A stretch of 64,000 nt of DNA from Candidatus Gastranaerophilales bacterium (GTDB lineage: Bacteria > Cyanobacteriota > Vampirovibrionia > Gastranaerophilales > Gastranaerophilaceae): assembly GCA_944326905.1 (NCBI GenBank), contig CALVFU010000004.1:16619-80618 (forward strand), written 5' to 3'. The notes below the pieces were generated by a model. It did no database searches. It saw only the letters and a list, made by a program, of their open reading frames with translations, and was not told where the DNA came from. Below, one piece after another: positions 49,948 to 59,212 of the stretch. Position 1 is the first letter of the stretch. Every line of letters begins with the position of its first letter. The position numbers and the translations under genes are program-made.

Positions 49948-51537
49948 TTACTCAAAAAGTTCTTTAATTTTTTCTTCTATATCCTGCGGGTCAATTTCCA
50001 TAGTTATTTTATTTATATCTTGAGAAACTTGATATAATTTTGCTGCTTCAACTTTGTCTCCAATGATAGTCGTTGCCCGTGCCAGGTTAAAATATGCTAA
50101 TGCGTAGTTAGGGTTGGATTCAATTGCAGCCTTAAACAATTCTACTGCTTTTTGTATTCGACCAAGGTCATCTAGGTAAATTACACCTAGGTTGTTGTAT
50201 GCAATAGCGTAATTTTTATCATTTTTAATTGCTAAGTCATACTCTTGTATAGCCTGTTCAGTATCGCCTTTTCCCCAATATAAGAATCCCAGGTTACAAT
50301 GAATTTTTGCATTGTTTGGCTCCAATTCAAGAGCTTTCCTATATATAGCTAGGGCATTATTATAGTCCTCTTTGTCATAAAATGCACTGCCCATATTGAT
50401 ATAAATGTCAATATCATCAGGTGTAAGCATATAAGCTGTTTGATATGCAGAAATTGCACTATCAGGGTCTTGTTTATTTTCCTGATATACAAAGCCTAGA
50501 GTCTGGGCAATAACACTTGTCCAGCGTTTGTTTGGGTTTAGTGTTATTGCGGTCTGGTAATTCTTAATAGCAAGTTCAAACTCGCCTTTTATGTAAAAAA
50601 TATTACCTAGGTTTGAATACAAATCAGGCATATTCGGCGCCATTGAAATCAGCTTATAATATATATCAATAGCTTTATCATAGTCGCCTTGCTCTTCGTA
50701 TGCGCGGCATAGCCTGCGGTAGGCTTGTATATTTAAACTGTCAAGCCATATAGCCATTTTAAATTCGCAAATTGCATCTTCGTAATGACCGCATGCGATA
50801 TATATATCACCTAACAGACAGTATAAAGAAGCAAATCCGGGAGCTTTTTCAATTGCAGCATCGTATAAGTCGCGCGCTTTATCAAATTTTTTTGCGCTTA
50901 AGTAGTAAAAACCAAGCATAAATAAAGGGATAAAGCGTAAGTAATAAATATTTAAAAATACATTTTCTATTGCATCTTTATCAAAAGGTAATGTTATAAT
51001 TGATAAAAATTGCTCCCATTTTGCAAGTACTGATGTTTTAAAATTCTTAAAAGATGAGGTGTCATAAAGCTTGTATAAAAGGTAATGAGCATTAGAACTG
51101 TCAAATATCCCGCGTGAAGCAATTTTGGCAAAACGTTTTGCCTCTGAAAAATTTGCCTTTTTGGTAAATATATCTGCTTTTAAATAATATGCTTGTGAAT
51201 AGTTATTCTTTTTACCAATCGCAAGATCCAGATAATTGTTTGCTTTGTCAAAGTCTCCCTTGTAATAAAAGGCTTTTCCTAACTTGTAAAAAAGTTCAGG
51301 AGCATCCATGTATGACTCAAGGGCTATCTGGTACTCTGTAATGGCTTCATCTATATACTGGAAAGAATTTGATATATCTAAGTGCCAGGCAACGTACAAG
51401 TCTCCAAGCTGAACATGGAGTTTTGCATTGTTTGGATCCTTTGTTAAGGATAATCTGAGCTTTTCTATCTCCCGTAAAACTTTATTTGATTTCGTATTAT
51501 TGATTGTATCTGTTTCTTTATCAAGCATTTTTTTCAT
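49948..51537 (-). CDS. TPR-repeat protein (paralogue of 31362..33011)
   Basis: Multiple TPR units. The C-terminal ~90 aa align with the other protein (NNLGVIYLDDLGR...NPNYALAYFNLARA...IEEKIKELFE vs NNIGVVYLDGFGD...NPNYTLAHFNAGRA...IRERLYDLFN). Confidence 0.65.
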   Translation of the reverse strand: MKKMLDKETDTINNTKSNKVLREIEKLRLSLTKDPNNAKLHVQLGDLYVAWHLDISNSFQYIDEAITEYQIALESYMDAPELFYKLGKAFYYKGDFDKANNYLDLAIGKKNNYSQAYYLKADIFTKKANFSEAKRFAKIASRGIFDSSNAHYLLYKLYDTSSFKNFKTSVLAKWEQFLSIITLPFDKDAIENVFLNIYYLRFIPLFMLGFYYLSAKKFDKARDLYDAAIEKAPGFASLYCLLGDIYIACGHYEDAICEFKMAIWLDSLNIQAYRRLCRAYEEQGDYDKAIDIYYKLISMAPNMPDLYSNLGNIFYIKGEFELAIKNYQTAITLNPNKRWTSVIAQTLGFVYQENKQDPDSAISAYQTAYMLTPDDIDIYINMGSAFYDKEDYNNALAIYRKALELEPNNAKIHCNLGFLYWGKGDTEQAIQEYDLAIKNDKNYAIAYNNLGVIYLDDLGRIQKAVELFKAAIESNPNYALAYFNLARATTIIGDKVEAAKLYQVSQDINKITMEIDPQDIEEKIKELFE

Positions 51538-51564
51538 AATATACTATTCCACTATTTAACTCTA

Positions 51565-52158
51565 TTATCCCACACTATAAATAAAACGCAAAATATTTTG
51601 CCTGTCGACTCCAGATATTTTAGTATAGGACATTATGTATTCTTCTGGAAATACTGAATCAAAAGAGTTTATTATTCCTGTGAATTCGATATTCCCAAAC
51701 TCTTCATTAGTAACAAGAACGAATTCGTATACCGTTTCAAGTTCCAATTTTTCTTCGCATACAAATTTAATACCTTTTGTCCCTATCTCAATAGTTTTCC
51801 CTGAGTAAACTTTACCTGACTTATCTTTTATCGTAAGCTCCATAATTTCCTCAACAGAAGGTGATTCTGTATAAGGCTCCATTCTTACTGCATTTTCGTC
51901 ATACTCTATTGAAAAGAAATCTTCCAGTCCGCCATTTATTATTATTGAATTGAAGGCTAAAATCCCTGCAGTTGAAAAAACTCTTACACTAACTTCACAT
52001 CCTGTTGCCAGAAACTCTATATACCGCATAAAAGATTTGGGTAATTCTACAATTAATCTGTCAAATTCTACAGATGCAACAATGCATGTTATCTCTACAG
52101 TCTTATCACCTTTATTGAATATTAGATTTAATTTCTGCCCTTCTCTTACAAGATTCAT
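51565..52158 (-). CDS. YcgR/PilZ-like protein with degenerate c-di-GMP motifs (tentative)
   Basis: The C-terminal half follows the PilZ beta-barrel pattern (IEIGTKGIKF....VYEFVL....IEFTGII....YIMSYTKISGVDRQNILRFIY), but RxxxR is absent and DxSxxG reads EIGTKG. Confidence 0.35.
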   Translation of the reverse strand: MNLVREGQKLNLIFNKGDKTVEITCIVASVEFDRLIVELPKSFMRYIEFLATGCEVSVRVFSTAGILAFNSIIINGGLEDFFSIEYDENAVRMEPYTESPSVEEIMELTIKDKSGKVYSGKTIEIGTKGIKFVCEEKLELETVYEFVLVTNEEFGNIEFTGIINSFDSVFPEEYIMSYTKISGVDRQNILRFIYSVG

Positions 52159-52202
52159 ATTTTTATTGTATGAAGTTTAGACTAAAAAAGCAAGGATACC
52201 AT

Positions 52203-52979
52203 CTAGTCTACATGACGTAGTTGTGTATAAATTACATCGCTTCCTTCAGGAATATCTAAAATTTTATATTCGCCGGTTATACTATACGAAGGGGTAATAA
52301 TGTGGTTTACATTATTTATTAATTGTTCTTCATTTTTTTTGAAGTGACCGGCTATAATTGCAAAAACATTTGAATGTTTATTTAGCATGTTTGTATAGAG
52401 CTCTACTTTGTAGGTATTGTTGGCTGGAATATCTCCTTTTATAAGCGGAAAATGCTGTAATATAATAACATTATCTTTTTGATATTTTGTCAGCATTTTA
52501 TCAATCCAGTCTACAGTATTTTGTTTGTAATAACCGTTGCTTGCGGTTACGAATTCTTTTGCTCCGTCTGCTGCTATAAACCTAACATTGCCTTTTTTAA
52601 ATGTGTAATTGGGGCTAAATGACTGTCCAAATCCTAGAGATTTAAAAACTTCTTCTCTGTAGGTTTCTTTATTTAAGCCTTTTTCTTTTGAAACATCTTT
52701 ATCTCCAATAATTATGTAGACTGGATAATTGAGTTTTTTTACTTCTTTTAAAAAGCCTTTTAGATATTCAATTCTTGCAGCTGCAATATTATCTCCTGTA
52801 AAAACGACAAAATCAATATTTTTAAGAGTATTAATATCGTTTATACAATTGGTAAGCGGAGCTGAATTTTCCGTGGTATACATAACTTCAGCTACCTGTA
52901 CAAATCTTAAATCTTTGGCGGAGACAGTTAGTACAATATTAAAAAATATTATAGATAATAAAATTATTTTTTTTATCAT
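52203..52979 (-). CDS. Secreted calcineurin-like metallophosphoesterase
   Basis: Signal peptide. FVVFTGDN, IIGDKD and AGHF motifs in the usual order. 258 aa. Confidence 0.7.
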   Translation of the reverse strand: MIKKIILLSIIFFNIVLTVSAKDLRFVQVAEVMYTTENSAPLTNCINDINTLKNIDFVVFTGDNIAAARIEYLKGFLKEVKKLNYPVYIIIGDKDVSKEKGLNKETYREEVFKSLGFGQSFSPNYTFKKGNVRFIAADGAKEFVTASNGYYKQNTVDWIDKMLTKYQKDNVIILQHFPLIKGDIPANNTYKVELYTNMLNKHSNVFAIIAGHFKKNEEQLINNVNHIITPSYSITGEYKILDIPEGSDVIYTQLRHVD

Positions 52980-53013
52980 AACTTTATAAAATTACCATAA
53001 ATTTTGATGTTTT

Positions 53014-54084
53014 TCAATAATTACTATTTTCATCAACAATTGCTGCCGCTTCTTGTTTTATTTTATCGGCAAGCGCTAATCCAAGGGTAATAGATTTTTC
53101 AGCAAGTGTGTCTGTGAGCTCTGGGGTATAATTTCCGATAGTTACTAAGCTGTTTGATAGAATTAGTGAGCGATGTAGTTTATGAAAATTTTTTAGCCGA
53201 GAGACAAGCTCTATATAATTATTAAAAATAGGAGATACATCAATTGTTTTTAATCTGTTTGGATTGTTCGGCAGCAGATTCCAGGCAATTTTTCCTCCTG
53301 AGTTAAGAAATTTATCTATTCTCAGCTCTTTATTTAACAGCGTTACAAACTGTGTTTCTGTATTGATGCATATTATATTGAAGTCTGCATTTATTGCAAA
53401 ATTCCAATCGGTGCAGCTTGAAGACATAAGCGCTGCTGTTCCGCCATTGTCTTTTATTGATTTGACAAGTGATTTTAGGATGCTTAATATTGCTTTGGTA
53501 TTTCTATAGCTGTTCTCCGGCTGGTATGCTTTGCCTAACTCCGATTCATCTATAAATATTATTGGAGTGATGGCTGGATGAATTTTTTTCATTTCGCAAA
53601 TTTGGGATATACATTGAAGAATACAAGCTTTTGTTATTACATCCATAACTTTGTGATTTTCAATTGCAGGTGTTCCTGTTTCATCAGTGAGCAGCAAGCC
53701 CATAGTAATAGGTCCGATTATTTGCCCTTTTGCATATTTAGGTTTATACTCATCTATGATTCTTAAAAAATAATCAAAAAAAACGGAATTTGGTTTGTAT
53801 TTCTCAAGTTTTTCTATTGTAATATCATTATAATCTTTTAGTATTCCGGGAATTTTAGTTTGAAAAGTATAACTTTGCGTATCAATGTAGTACTTCTTTT
53901 TTAACAAATCATTTTTTACACCAGGAATGGGGGTTAAAAATTGCAAAAACTTACCTTCAACTGAAGAATAATTTGGAAGTTGTGCCCAAAACGGAATATC
54001 AGAAAAATATTTGCTTATTATATCAACTACAGCATTTATATTTTTATGCGGCAATATCCCTAAATGCAGACAAGCTGTTTCCAA
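53014..54084 (-). CDS. Hypothetical protein (356 aa), possibly URO-D/CIMS-like TIM barrel
   Basis: Long ORF co-oriented with its neighbours. Only a weak resemblance to cobalamin-independent methyltransferase-like folds (GQIIGPITMGLLL); not verified. Confidence 0.45.
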   Translation of the reverse strand: METACLHLGILPHKNINAVVDIISKYFSDIPFWAQLPNYSSVEGKFLQFLTPIPGVKNDLLKKKYYIDTQSYTFQTKIPGILKDYNDITIEKLEKYKPNSVFFDYFLRIIDEYKPKYAKGQIIGPITMGLLLTDETGTPAIENHKVMDVITKACILQCISQICEMKKIHPAITPIIFIDESELGKAYQPENSYRNTKAILSILKSLVKSIKDNGGTAALMSSSCTDWNFAINADFNIICINTETQFVTLLNKELRIDKFLNSGGKIAWNLLPNNPNRLKTIDVSPIFNNYIELVSRLKNFHKLHRSLILSNSLVTIGNYTPELTDTLAEKSITLGLALADKIKQEAAAIVDENSNY

Positions 54085-54100
54085 TGTATCTCCCTCTTAT

Positions 54101-54136
54101 GAAAAAAGCGAAGTATACAATAATGCATACTTCGCT
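54101..54136 (-). terminator. Intrinsic terminator of rplI
   Basis: On the minus strand: AGCGAAGTAT-(loop)-ATACTTCGCT followed by TTTTTT. Confidence 0.7.
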
Positions 54137-54149
54137 AAAAATACTATAC

Positions 54150-54653
54150 CTATATATTTGTTTCGGTAGTGTCTGCGGGTTCTTCAATAGATTCTTTTAT
54201 TACTTCAGAAGCCGTAACAACTACTTTTAATTCCGTTTTTACTTTAGAAGTAAGTTTGATAAGCATAATATACTCACCAATTTTATTAATTGGGGCATTT
54301 AATGAAATCGTTTTTTTGTCAATTTCAAGACCTGCTTTTTCAAATAATTCTTCACAAAGTCTTTTTGTTGTAATTGTACCGAATAATCTTCCGCTTTCGC
54401 CTGCTTTGGCTGAAAGTTCAAGCTGACCGATTTTTTCAATTTTTTCTGCTTTAGCTAATGCTTCAGCATGTAATTTTTCTTGTTTAGCCTTGATTCTTGC
54501 TAAATTTTGTTCTCTGTTTTGGATTGCTCCAGGAGTTGCAAGCTCTGCATAATTCTTAGGAAGCAGATAATTGCGTGCATACCCGTCCTTAACATTTACT
54601 AAATCGCCGGCTTCTCCAACGTTTTGTACATCTCGTTTTAATATGATTTGCAT
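54150..54653 (-). CDS. rplI: 50S ribosomal protein L9
   Basis: MQIILKRDVQNVGEAGDLVNVKDGYARNYLLPKNYA is a canonical L9 N-domain. 167 aa. Confidence 0.9.
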   Translation of the reverse strand: MQIILKRDVQNVGEAGDLVNVKDGYARNYLLPKNYAELATPGAIQNREQNLARIKAKQEKLHAEALAKAEKIEKIGQLELSAKAGESGRLFGTITTKRLCEELFEKAGLEIDKKTISLNAPINKIGEYIMLIKLTSKVKTELKVVVTASEVIKESIEEPADTTETNI

Positions 54654-54731
54654 TTCTTTTCTCCTATTAATAGCTAGTGTACTATTATCATAAATGAAAC
54701 ATTTCTAAATGTACAGTATTTGTTAAATTTT

Positions 54732-56105
54732 TTAAAATTTATGTATAATTAATGCGTATATATCGTTAAAAATGATATATATCATAAGCAATATAAGAAG
54801 AAAGAAGAAGGCAGAAGCAATTTTATTTATAACTTCTTCGTTAAGTTTTCTTCCTGTTATCTTTTCTATACTCATAAATAATAAGTGTCCTCCATCTAAC
54901 GCCGGAATTGGTAATATATTTATGAGCGCAAGGTTCATTGATATTAATGCGGTAAGCAGTAATCCGGGGAATATGCCGCCGTATTGAATTTCATCTCCTC
55001 CGATTTTTGTTATGGCAATTACTCCGTGGAGGTCGCTTAATGGGACGTTTCCGCTAAAAATTTGTCCTAATCCGTATAACATTAAATATGTATTATCAAT
55101 TAAGTATTTAATACTTGTTTTTACTATTGCACCAGGTGTTTTTGTGTCTATATTTATTTCTTTAATTTCTAATTCAACGCCAAGTGCTCCTTTTTCATTT
55201 ATATAGATTGGTTTAAGAGCTATTTCTTGCCCGTCTCTCAATATTGTTAAATTTAGCGGGTGAGTATTGTCTGAAAGTGCTTCAGCAAGTTCATACAGGG
55301 TGTATTCTCCATTTGAAGTGTAGTAGTTTTTATTTGTTTTTCGAAGTTCGTCTCTAAGTTTTATTGCATTGTCTGAGAGCTTAACTTGTGTATCCTTAGG
55401 ATACTTTGCCCCCTTAGATTCGTACTTATCAAGGGTAATAATTCCTTCTGTATCAACTTTTGGTAGTTGAATGTTAATTCCTGTCGGAATTATTTCATCG
55501 TGCTCAAATGCAGGATTTAGAGCTTTTAGATTATTATATGTTTTATCTATAAGTTCTTGACTTGTTTTTCCGTCGTAACCTTTACTCATTTTGATGTATG
55601 TCAAAAAAGAGTAAACATTATCTAATTTTTTCCCGTTAGCTGTAAAGAAGCGATCACCTTCTTTTAGTCCTGACTGCCATACAGAGTAACCCTCCGGCGC
55701 AATAATTTTTTTTGCATAAATTTCATAAGTACCAGATGGCAAGTGCCCCCACAACGAGGCTGTTAAAAATACAAGTACTATTGCGCAGAGAATATTCGCT
55801 ATTACTCCGGCAGAAACTACTGCTGCTTTTTGATAATATGGCTTGTTAATAAATCGTTCTTTTGAATCCGCAGGTAAAGAACAGTTTTCATCATCATCAG
55901 GAAAAGAAACATAACCGCCAAGTAAAAAAGCGTGTATACAAATGGTTGTATCTCCGAATTTCTTTTCGTATAAGGTTGGTCCGACTGGCAGCCCAAAACC
56001 AAATTTATCAACCTTCATACCAAAAAATTTCGCGGTGAAAAAGTGACCGGCTTCGTGTACTAATATTAATAAACTTAAAAGTAATATCATTATTATAAGC
56101 GACAT
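54732..56105 (-). CDS. rseP: Site-2 (M50) intramembrane zinc metalloprotease RseP
   Basis: HEAGHF zinc motif in TM1, a central PDZ region, NILPIPALDGGHL motif. 457 aa. Confidence 0.85.
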   Translation of the reverse strand: MSLIIMILLLSLLILVHEAGHFFTAKFFGMKVDKFGFGLPVGPTLYEKKFGDTTICIHAFLLGGYVSFPDDDENCSLPADSKERFINKPYYQKAAVVSAGVIANILCAIVLVFLTASLWGHLPSGTYEIYAKKIIAPEGYSVWQSGLKEGDRFFTANGKKLDNVYSFLTYIKMSKGYDGKTSQELIDKTYNNLKALNPAFEHDEIIPTGINIQLPKVDTEGIITLDKYESKGAKYPKDTQVKLSDNAIKLRDELRKTNKNYYTSNGEYTLYELAEALSDNTHPLNLTILRDGQEIALKPIYINEKGALGVELEIKEINIDTKTPGAIVKTSIKYLIDNTYLMLYGLGQIFSGNVPLSDLHGVIAITKIGGDEIQYGGIFPGLLLTALISMNLALINILPIPALDGGHLLFMSIEKITGRKLNEEVINKIASAFFFLLILLMIYIIFNDIYALIIHKF

Positions 56106-56124
56106 AGTTTAATTTCCTTTTTTA

Positions 56125-56967
56125 TTATTTTACAATGTAGAATAGTGCTGTCATTGCAGCTCCGACAATAAGACAATATATCCCAAAGATTTTTAATGAA
56201 AATTTTGAAACAAATTTAATGAAGTATTTTATGCAAAAGTATCCAACAATTCCTGATACAAGAGCTCCTATTGAAAGAAGAAGAAAATCAAATTGAGCAA
56301 CTTCACGGAGGTCAAGTTTTATAAACGGGTAAACCATAGAGGCTCCTAATATGATAGGAATACTTAGAAGAAAAGAGTATCGGGCACTTGCAGAACGATC
56401 AAGCCCGCATAACAGCCCTGTAGAGATAGTAAGCCCTGAACGGGAAAAACCAGGAAGTGCTGCCAATCCTTGGGCAATAGCAATAAGAATTGCTGTTTTT
56501 AAATCAAGAATTGATTTTTTTTCTAAAATATTTTTCGATACGTACTCGCTAAACAAAAGTAAAAAACCGGTAAAAGTCAGCAAAACTCCAACCGCCATTG
56601 GCGAAAATACTAAGAATTCAGCAATATCATGCAATGGATAGGCTATTAATACGGTTACGACTGTTCCGACAATTAAGTAAATTCCCAGCTTCGCTTCAAC
56701 AGTACTGAAATTACGAGTTTTAACTGCAGTAGAAAGCGCTTTTATTATTTGCAAGATTTCTTTTCTGTAATAAATTAATACTGCAACCAAAGTTCCAAAA
56801 TGAAGGACAATATCAAGAAAAACCTCTTGTGCATTATATACTGTCTCCATTCCGTTAAACAGTTTACAAATATTAGAAGTAAACACAAGGTGGGCAGAAC
56901 TTGAGATTGGAAGAAACTCGCTTAATCCCTGAACTATACCCATTAATATAACTTCAAAATAACCCAT
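56125..56967 (-). CDS. uppP: Undecaprenyl-diphosphate phosphatase (BacA/UppP)
   Basis: GLSEFLPISSSAHL and PGFSRSGLTI motifs, polytopic membrane protein. Start set at MGYFEV to avoid overlap with queD. Confidence 0.9.
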   Translation of the reverse strand: MGYFEVILMGIVQGLSEFLPISSSAHLVFTSNICKLFNGMETVYNAQEVFLDIVLHFGTLVAVLIYYRKEILQIIKALSTAVKTRNFSTVEAKLGIYLIVGTVVTVLIAYPLHDIAEFLVFSPMAVGVLLTFTGFLLLFSEYVSKNILEKKSILDLKTAILIAIAQGLAALPGFSRSGLTISTGLLCGLDRSASARYSFLLSIPIILGASMVYPFIKLDLREVAQFDFLLLSIGALVSGIVGYFCIKYFIKFVSKFSLKIFGIYCLIVGAAMTALFYIVK

Positions 56968-56968
56968 T

Positions 56969-57328
56969 TTAATCCTCAAAATAACTTGCACATGATGTAT
57001 TAGTCTCCCAAACAGAAACTTTGCTTAACTGCGGAAACTCTTCTTTTAGCTTTTCATAAATGTATTTTGCGATAATCTCACTGCTCGGGCTTATTCCTTT
57101 AAATTCTGGAAGCTCATTTATATCACTGTGATCGAGATAATCCAAAATCCGTTTTAACGATATTTTAAGGACCTTATAGTCTACAAGTATGTTGCTTTTA
57201 TCTAAGTCGCTGCCTGTAATATATGCTTCTACAAGCCAATTATGACCGTGCTGGTTTTCGCATTCTCCGTCATAATTGAGCAGGTGATGTGCGGCAGAAA
57301 AAGTCATCTGCTTTTTTATCTCAAACAT
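56969..57328 (-). CDS. queD: 6-carboxy-5,6,7,8-tetrahydropterin synthase QueD
   Basis: FSAAHHL...CENQHGHNW...VWETNTSCA. 119 aa. Confidence 0.9.
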   Translation of the reverse strand: MFEIKKQMTFSAAHHLLNYDGECENQHGHNWLVEAYITGSDLDKSNILVDYKVLKISLKRILDYLDHSDINELPEFKGISPSSEIIAKYIYEKLKEEFPQLSKVSVWETNTSCASYFED

Positions 57329-57368
57329 TATCCTCTCCTTTTAGGACAATTTTAGCACAAATATATTT

Positions 57369-57839
57369 TTATTTGCTTCTGAATTTTGGTGCTGGACAAT
57401 TTTTTTTGAATGCCCACCAGTTTAATGCTCCGCCATATGCATCTTCGCTATTTTGAAGTAATTGGTTTACGTTAGAAAATATTTCTTTTATACTTTTTGA
57501 TTGACCTATTTTTTTTAAAGAGAAGTCGTTAGATGTTCGTAAATGAAATTCCAGCCGGAGACAAGACTCTATTTCTTGTAAGGCAGCATGTATAAGTAAA
57601 ATTTTATCGGCTTTTGAATGTTTAGAAAGTAATGTTCGAACTTCTCCCAGCGGCGGAACATTTGATATTGTTATAATTAACTCAGCATTATTCTTGTACC
57701 ACTCTTTATACTCTTCATAAGTGAATTTTTCCATACGTTTTTTTAGGTTTTTTATATCCTTATTGGTAAACAGTTGAATAAGTATTTCGCTTCGCTGCTT
57801 CTTTTTCCTGATAGTTTCACTTGGAGGGTTGATATCCAA
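57369..57839 (-). CDS. Hypothetical protein (156 aa)
   Basis: ORF co-oriented between kpsF and queD. Basic, helical, no recognised domain. Confidence 0.45.
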   Translation of the reverse strand: MDINPPSETIRKKKQRSEILIQLFTNKDIKNLKKRMEKFTYEEYKEWYKNNAELIITISNVPPLGEVRTLLSKHSKADKILLIHAALQEIESCLRLEFHLRTSNDFSLKKIGQSKSIKEIFSNVNQLLQNSEDAYGGALNWWAFKKNCPAPKFRSK

Positions 57840-57928
57840 ATTGCCTTCCTTAAAAAATTAACCTGTATATTTGATATATAAATTATGCATAAAATTAGAT
57901 ATGTAATAAATAACCCACATGGATAATT

Positions 57929-58915
57929 TTATTGTATACCATTTGCCAGTAAGTCATGAATGTGTATTACTCCTACAGGTTTGTTTTCTTTATCAACGGC
58001 AAAAAGGTTAGTAATTTTTTTAGTATTCATTATTTTTAGTGCTTCAGATGCAAGCGTATCAGGAAAAACAGTTTTAGGCATCTTAGTCATAATATTAACA
58101 GCTTTTTCGTCGAAAATTCTGGCTGATAAACATCTTCTTAAGTCTCCATCTGTAATTATACCTGTTAAAATCCCTTGGCTATTTATAAAGCCGACACATC
58201 CAAGCCGTTTTGAAGTTATTTCTAATAAAACGTTTTGCATGCCAGAATTTTCGTGCAAAATAGGCATTTCTTCGCCTTTGTGCATTAGGTCGGAAACTCT
58301 TTGGAGAATGGAACCAAGTTTTCCGCCTGGGTGTCTGTCGTTAAAGTCTGTTTTTGAAAATCCTTTTCTTTCTATAAGTCCTACTGTTAAAATATCACCC
58401 AGCACAAGAGTTGCGGTTGTTGAGTTGGTCGGTGCAAGCCCAAGCGGGCATGCTTCGCCGTTGTTTGGCAGTCTTAAAACAATGTCGCCTGCTTTTCCTA
58501 AAGAACTATCAGGATTTTTTGTTATTGCAATAAGCGTAATTCCGAAACGTTTACAGTAGTTTATTATATCTACCAATTCTTTTGATTCTCCGCTATTAGA
58601 AATTGCAATAACAACATCATCTTCTGTAATCATACCTAAATCGCCATGACTTGCCTCTGCCGGGTGTACAAAAAATGACGGTGTGCCAGTTGATGCTAGA
58701 GATGCAGCTATTTTCTTCCCGATATGACCAGATTTACCCATGCCTGAAATAATTATTCTTCCTGTAGAATTTTGCATTAAATCAAGCGTTTGTGATAATG
58801 CGCTGTAGTTAAGTTCATTTTTAAGCTTTTCTAAGGTTGCGATTTCCGAGTCGACTGTTTTAACTGCTGTATTTTTATCTTTTGAAAGTTTGTCTGTAGA
58901 TGTGGTATTTATCAT
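57929..58915 (-). CDS. kpsF: Arabinose-5-phosphate isomerase (KpsF/GutQ family)
   Basis: SIS domain (GMGKSGHIGKKIAASLASTGTPSFF) followed by tandem CBS domains. 328 aa. Confidence 0.9.
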   Translation of the reverse strand: MINTTSTDKLSKDKNTAVKTVDSEIATLEKLKNELNYSALSQTLDLMQNSTGRIIISGMGKSGHIGKKIAASLASTGTPSFFVHPAEASHGDLGMITEDDVVIAISNSGESKELVDIINYCKRFGITLIAITKNPDSSLGKAGDIVLRLPNNGEACPLGLAPTNSTTATLVLGDILTVGLIERKGFSKTDFNDRHPGGKLGSILQRVSDLMHKGEEMPILHENSGMQNVLLEITSKRLGCVGFINSQGILTGIITDGDLRRCLSARIFDEKAVNIMTKMPKTVFPDTLASEALKIMNTKKITNLFAVDKENKPVGVIHIHDLLANGIQ

Positions 58916-59014
58916 ACGAACTCCTTAAATATATTTTTATTTTACCATAATATTTTAATGAATGATATTTAGGAATATTTTGCTTTTAAACCTGTTACAA
59001 ATTACTTATTTAAA

Positions 59015-59030
59015 TCCGACAGCGGGACTT
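59015..59030 (-). repeat. Partial copy of the tRNA-Leu 3' end (15/16 nt)
   Basis: Plus-strand CCGACAGCGGGACTTG here versus CCGACGGCGGGACTTG at 59215..59230, exactly 200 bp apart and in direct orientation. Confidence 0.6.
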
Positions 59031-59183
59031 GTCTTGGTCTGTTCGCAATAGACGTGTCTACGGATTTTGCAGCAAAGAATTATATTCTTTTTGCAAAAGG
59101 TCTCCGCACTCTGCTCACAGACCGCTGAACCCAAGAAATGCTTTGCATTGGGGTTCTGCGTCCTCTTGTCGTTAATGGGCAAT

Positions 59184-59210
59184 AAAAAAGAGCCTGTTAA
59201 GCTCCTTTTT
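59184..59210 (-). terminator. Intrinsic terminator after tRNA-Leu
   Basis: Minus strand AAGGAGC-UUAACAG-GCUCUUU followed by a U-run. Modest stem. Confidence 0.5.
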
Positions 59211-59212
59211 AT

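Noticed and set aside
59110-59170. Partial resemblance of the minus-strand sequence GGACGCAGAACC...(hairpin)...UCAGCGG to the c-di-GMP-I (GEMM) riboswitch core GGACGCAAAGCC...GUAGCGG.
   Set aside because: The upstream P1 hairpin with GNRA tetraloop and the GGCAAA element are missing. The resemblance covers only about half an aptamer and needs cmscan before any claim.
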